Part shown: one piece after another, positions 24,102 to 24,817 of the stretch | Position numbering within the stretch: position 1 is the stretch's first letter | Layout: each line of letters begins with the position of its first letter | The notes under the pieces: model-generated | Databases searched by the model: none | Told to the model about the DNA's origin: nothing | The model's input: only the letters and a program-made list of their open reading frames with translations | IMG/VR virus record: IMGVR_UViG_3300028586_000076 | Span: 1-24,817 of that record | From: a virus | Lineage: Duplodnaviria > Caudoviricetes | Length of the DNA stretch: 24,817 nucleotides | Direction: 5' to 3' (one strand) | Position numbers and translations under genes: made by a program

Positions 24102-24320
24102 TCAGATTGCGTGATCGAGCTCCGATCGTTCCGGTAGCGTGAGTGCCTGTCGGGCAGCGACAGCCATCTCACGAAACGCCGTTTGCCAGGTAGCGCCAGC
24201 CTGTTCCCACGGTGTCCGGTCCTCGACCCGCTCCATGCGGCTCTCCCACATGTACGCCGCGACGTGCTCTATAACCGCGTCTTCATCGTTGCTCGTGCAG
24301 AGCCGGCACCGTGCAGACAT
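24102..24320 (-). CDS. Small hypothetical protein (72 aa, MSARCRLCTSND…MWESR…PWEQAG…W)
   Basis: AAGGA RBS before ATG 24320; CxxC N-terminus; resembles small proteins I associate with sphingomonads. Confidence 0.75.
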   Translation of the reverse strand: MSARCRLCTSNDEDAVIEHVAAYMWESRMERVEDRTPWEQAGATWQTAFREMAVAARQALTLPERSELDHAI

Positions 24321-24339
24321 ATCAAATCCTTGCAACTTT

Positions 24340-24354
24340 GTTCCCGTTGCGTTC
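24340..24354. promoter_or_regulatory. Alphaproteobacterial LexA (SOS) box
   Basis: GTTC-CCGTTGC-GTTC = GTTC-N7-GTTC, in the 43-nt gap between divergent genes. Confidence 0.8.
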
Positions 24355-24363
24355 CATAGAGTG

Positions 24364-24645
24364 ATGCATCGGCAAACGCGAATCACAGTCGACTTAGCGG
24401 TCCAGATTTTGCGGTCGACGCTTGATCAGACCAGTTCCGGTCGCGTCGATACCGTAGCCGTTCGCCTGGCGCTAAGATGCCTATGGGCCCACTGTCCCGA
24501 ACGATGGCCCCTCGTGATGTTCTGGGAAGGCGCGCAGCAAGAGCACGAGATTGGCCGCAGTCAGAGCGTCACCGCTTCGTTCAACGGGATCGTCCGGCAG
24601 CTGCGCCGATCCGGCGCATATTCCGAGATCAGCAATTCGCAGTAG
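24364..24645 (+). CDS. Small hypothetical protein (93 aa, …VRLALRCLWAHCPERWPLVMFW…)
   Basis: ATG 24364 just downstream of the LexA box; the longer 24139 start overlaps the divergent gene. Confidence 0.7.
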   Translation: MHRQTRITVDLAVQILRSTLDQTSSGRVDTVAVRLALRCLWAHCPERWPLVMFWEGAQQEHEIGRSQSVTASFNGIVRQLRRSGAYSEISNSQ

Positions 24646-24817
24646 GTCCGTAAGTGCCTTTGATAACGTCGACTGCAGCGGCGATACGGTGCCAATCCTT
24701 TACGGCGACAGGGTCGCCGATAGCAGCGACCATCTGATCGACGATATAATCTGGGGTATGTTCGCCGTGTTCGGCAAGGATCACGCCAGCCTGTATCCAG
24801 ATCTCTCGATCTTCCAT
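24629..24817 (-). CDS. Small hypothetical protein (62 aa), DUF6961-like; may be 5'-truncated by window edge
   Basis: DREIWIQAGVILAEHG…GDPVAVKDWHRIAAAVD pattern recalled from small sphingomonad proteins. Confidence 0.6.
   Translation of the reverse strand: MEDREIWIQAGVILAEHGEHTPDYIVDQMVAAIGDPVAVKDWHRIAAAVDVIKGTYGPTANC

Noticed and set aside
21295-24817. Prophage attachment site or tRNA at the right end
   Set aside because: No tRNA fold or integrase seen, and an att repeat cannot be identified without the other prophage end.

Overview
Late (morphogenesis and lysis) half of a high-GC temperate siphovirus or prophage, most likely from a sphingomonad alphaproteobacterium (inferred from the alphaproteobacterial LexA and CtrA boxes and the small-gene families at the right end). 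The + strand carries: HK97-fold major capsid, neck genes, tail tube, tail chaperone pair with a -1 frameshift site, a 1761-aa tape measure, one fused 1301-aa tail-tip/fibre protein with an exact 36-aa repeat array, a fibre-assembly protein, and a lysis cassette (two membrane proteins, TIGR02594-type endolysin, overlapping Rz/Rz1 spanins). After lysis comes a 1226-aa multidomain SGNH-esterase/lectin protein. A more AT-rich accessory region follows: GNAT-like gene plus 50-aa peptide, an unlisted 47-aa Zn-ribbon gene, an OpgC-family membrane acyltransferase, a BLUF photoreceptor and small genes around an SOS box. Most notable: a candidate acylation 'write/erase' cassette (OpgC + SGNH esterase + GNAT-like), CtrA/LexA/blue-light wiring of the accessory genes, a candidate antisense RNA with an anti-SD loop inside the lysis cassette, and a kissing-loop RNA before the tail chaperone. 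All family calls come from motif recognition by eye; no searches were run. No integrase or att site is visible, so the right prophage boundary is unknown.
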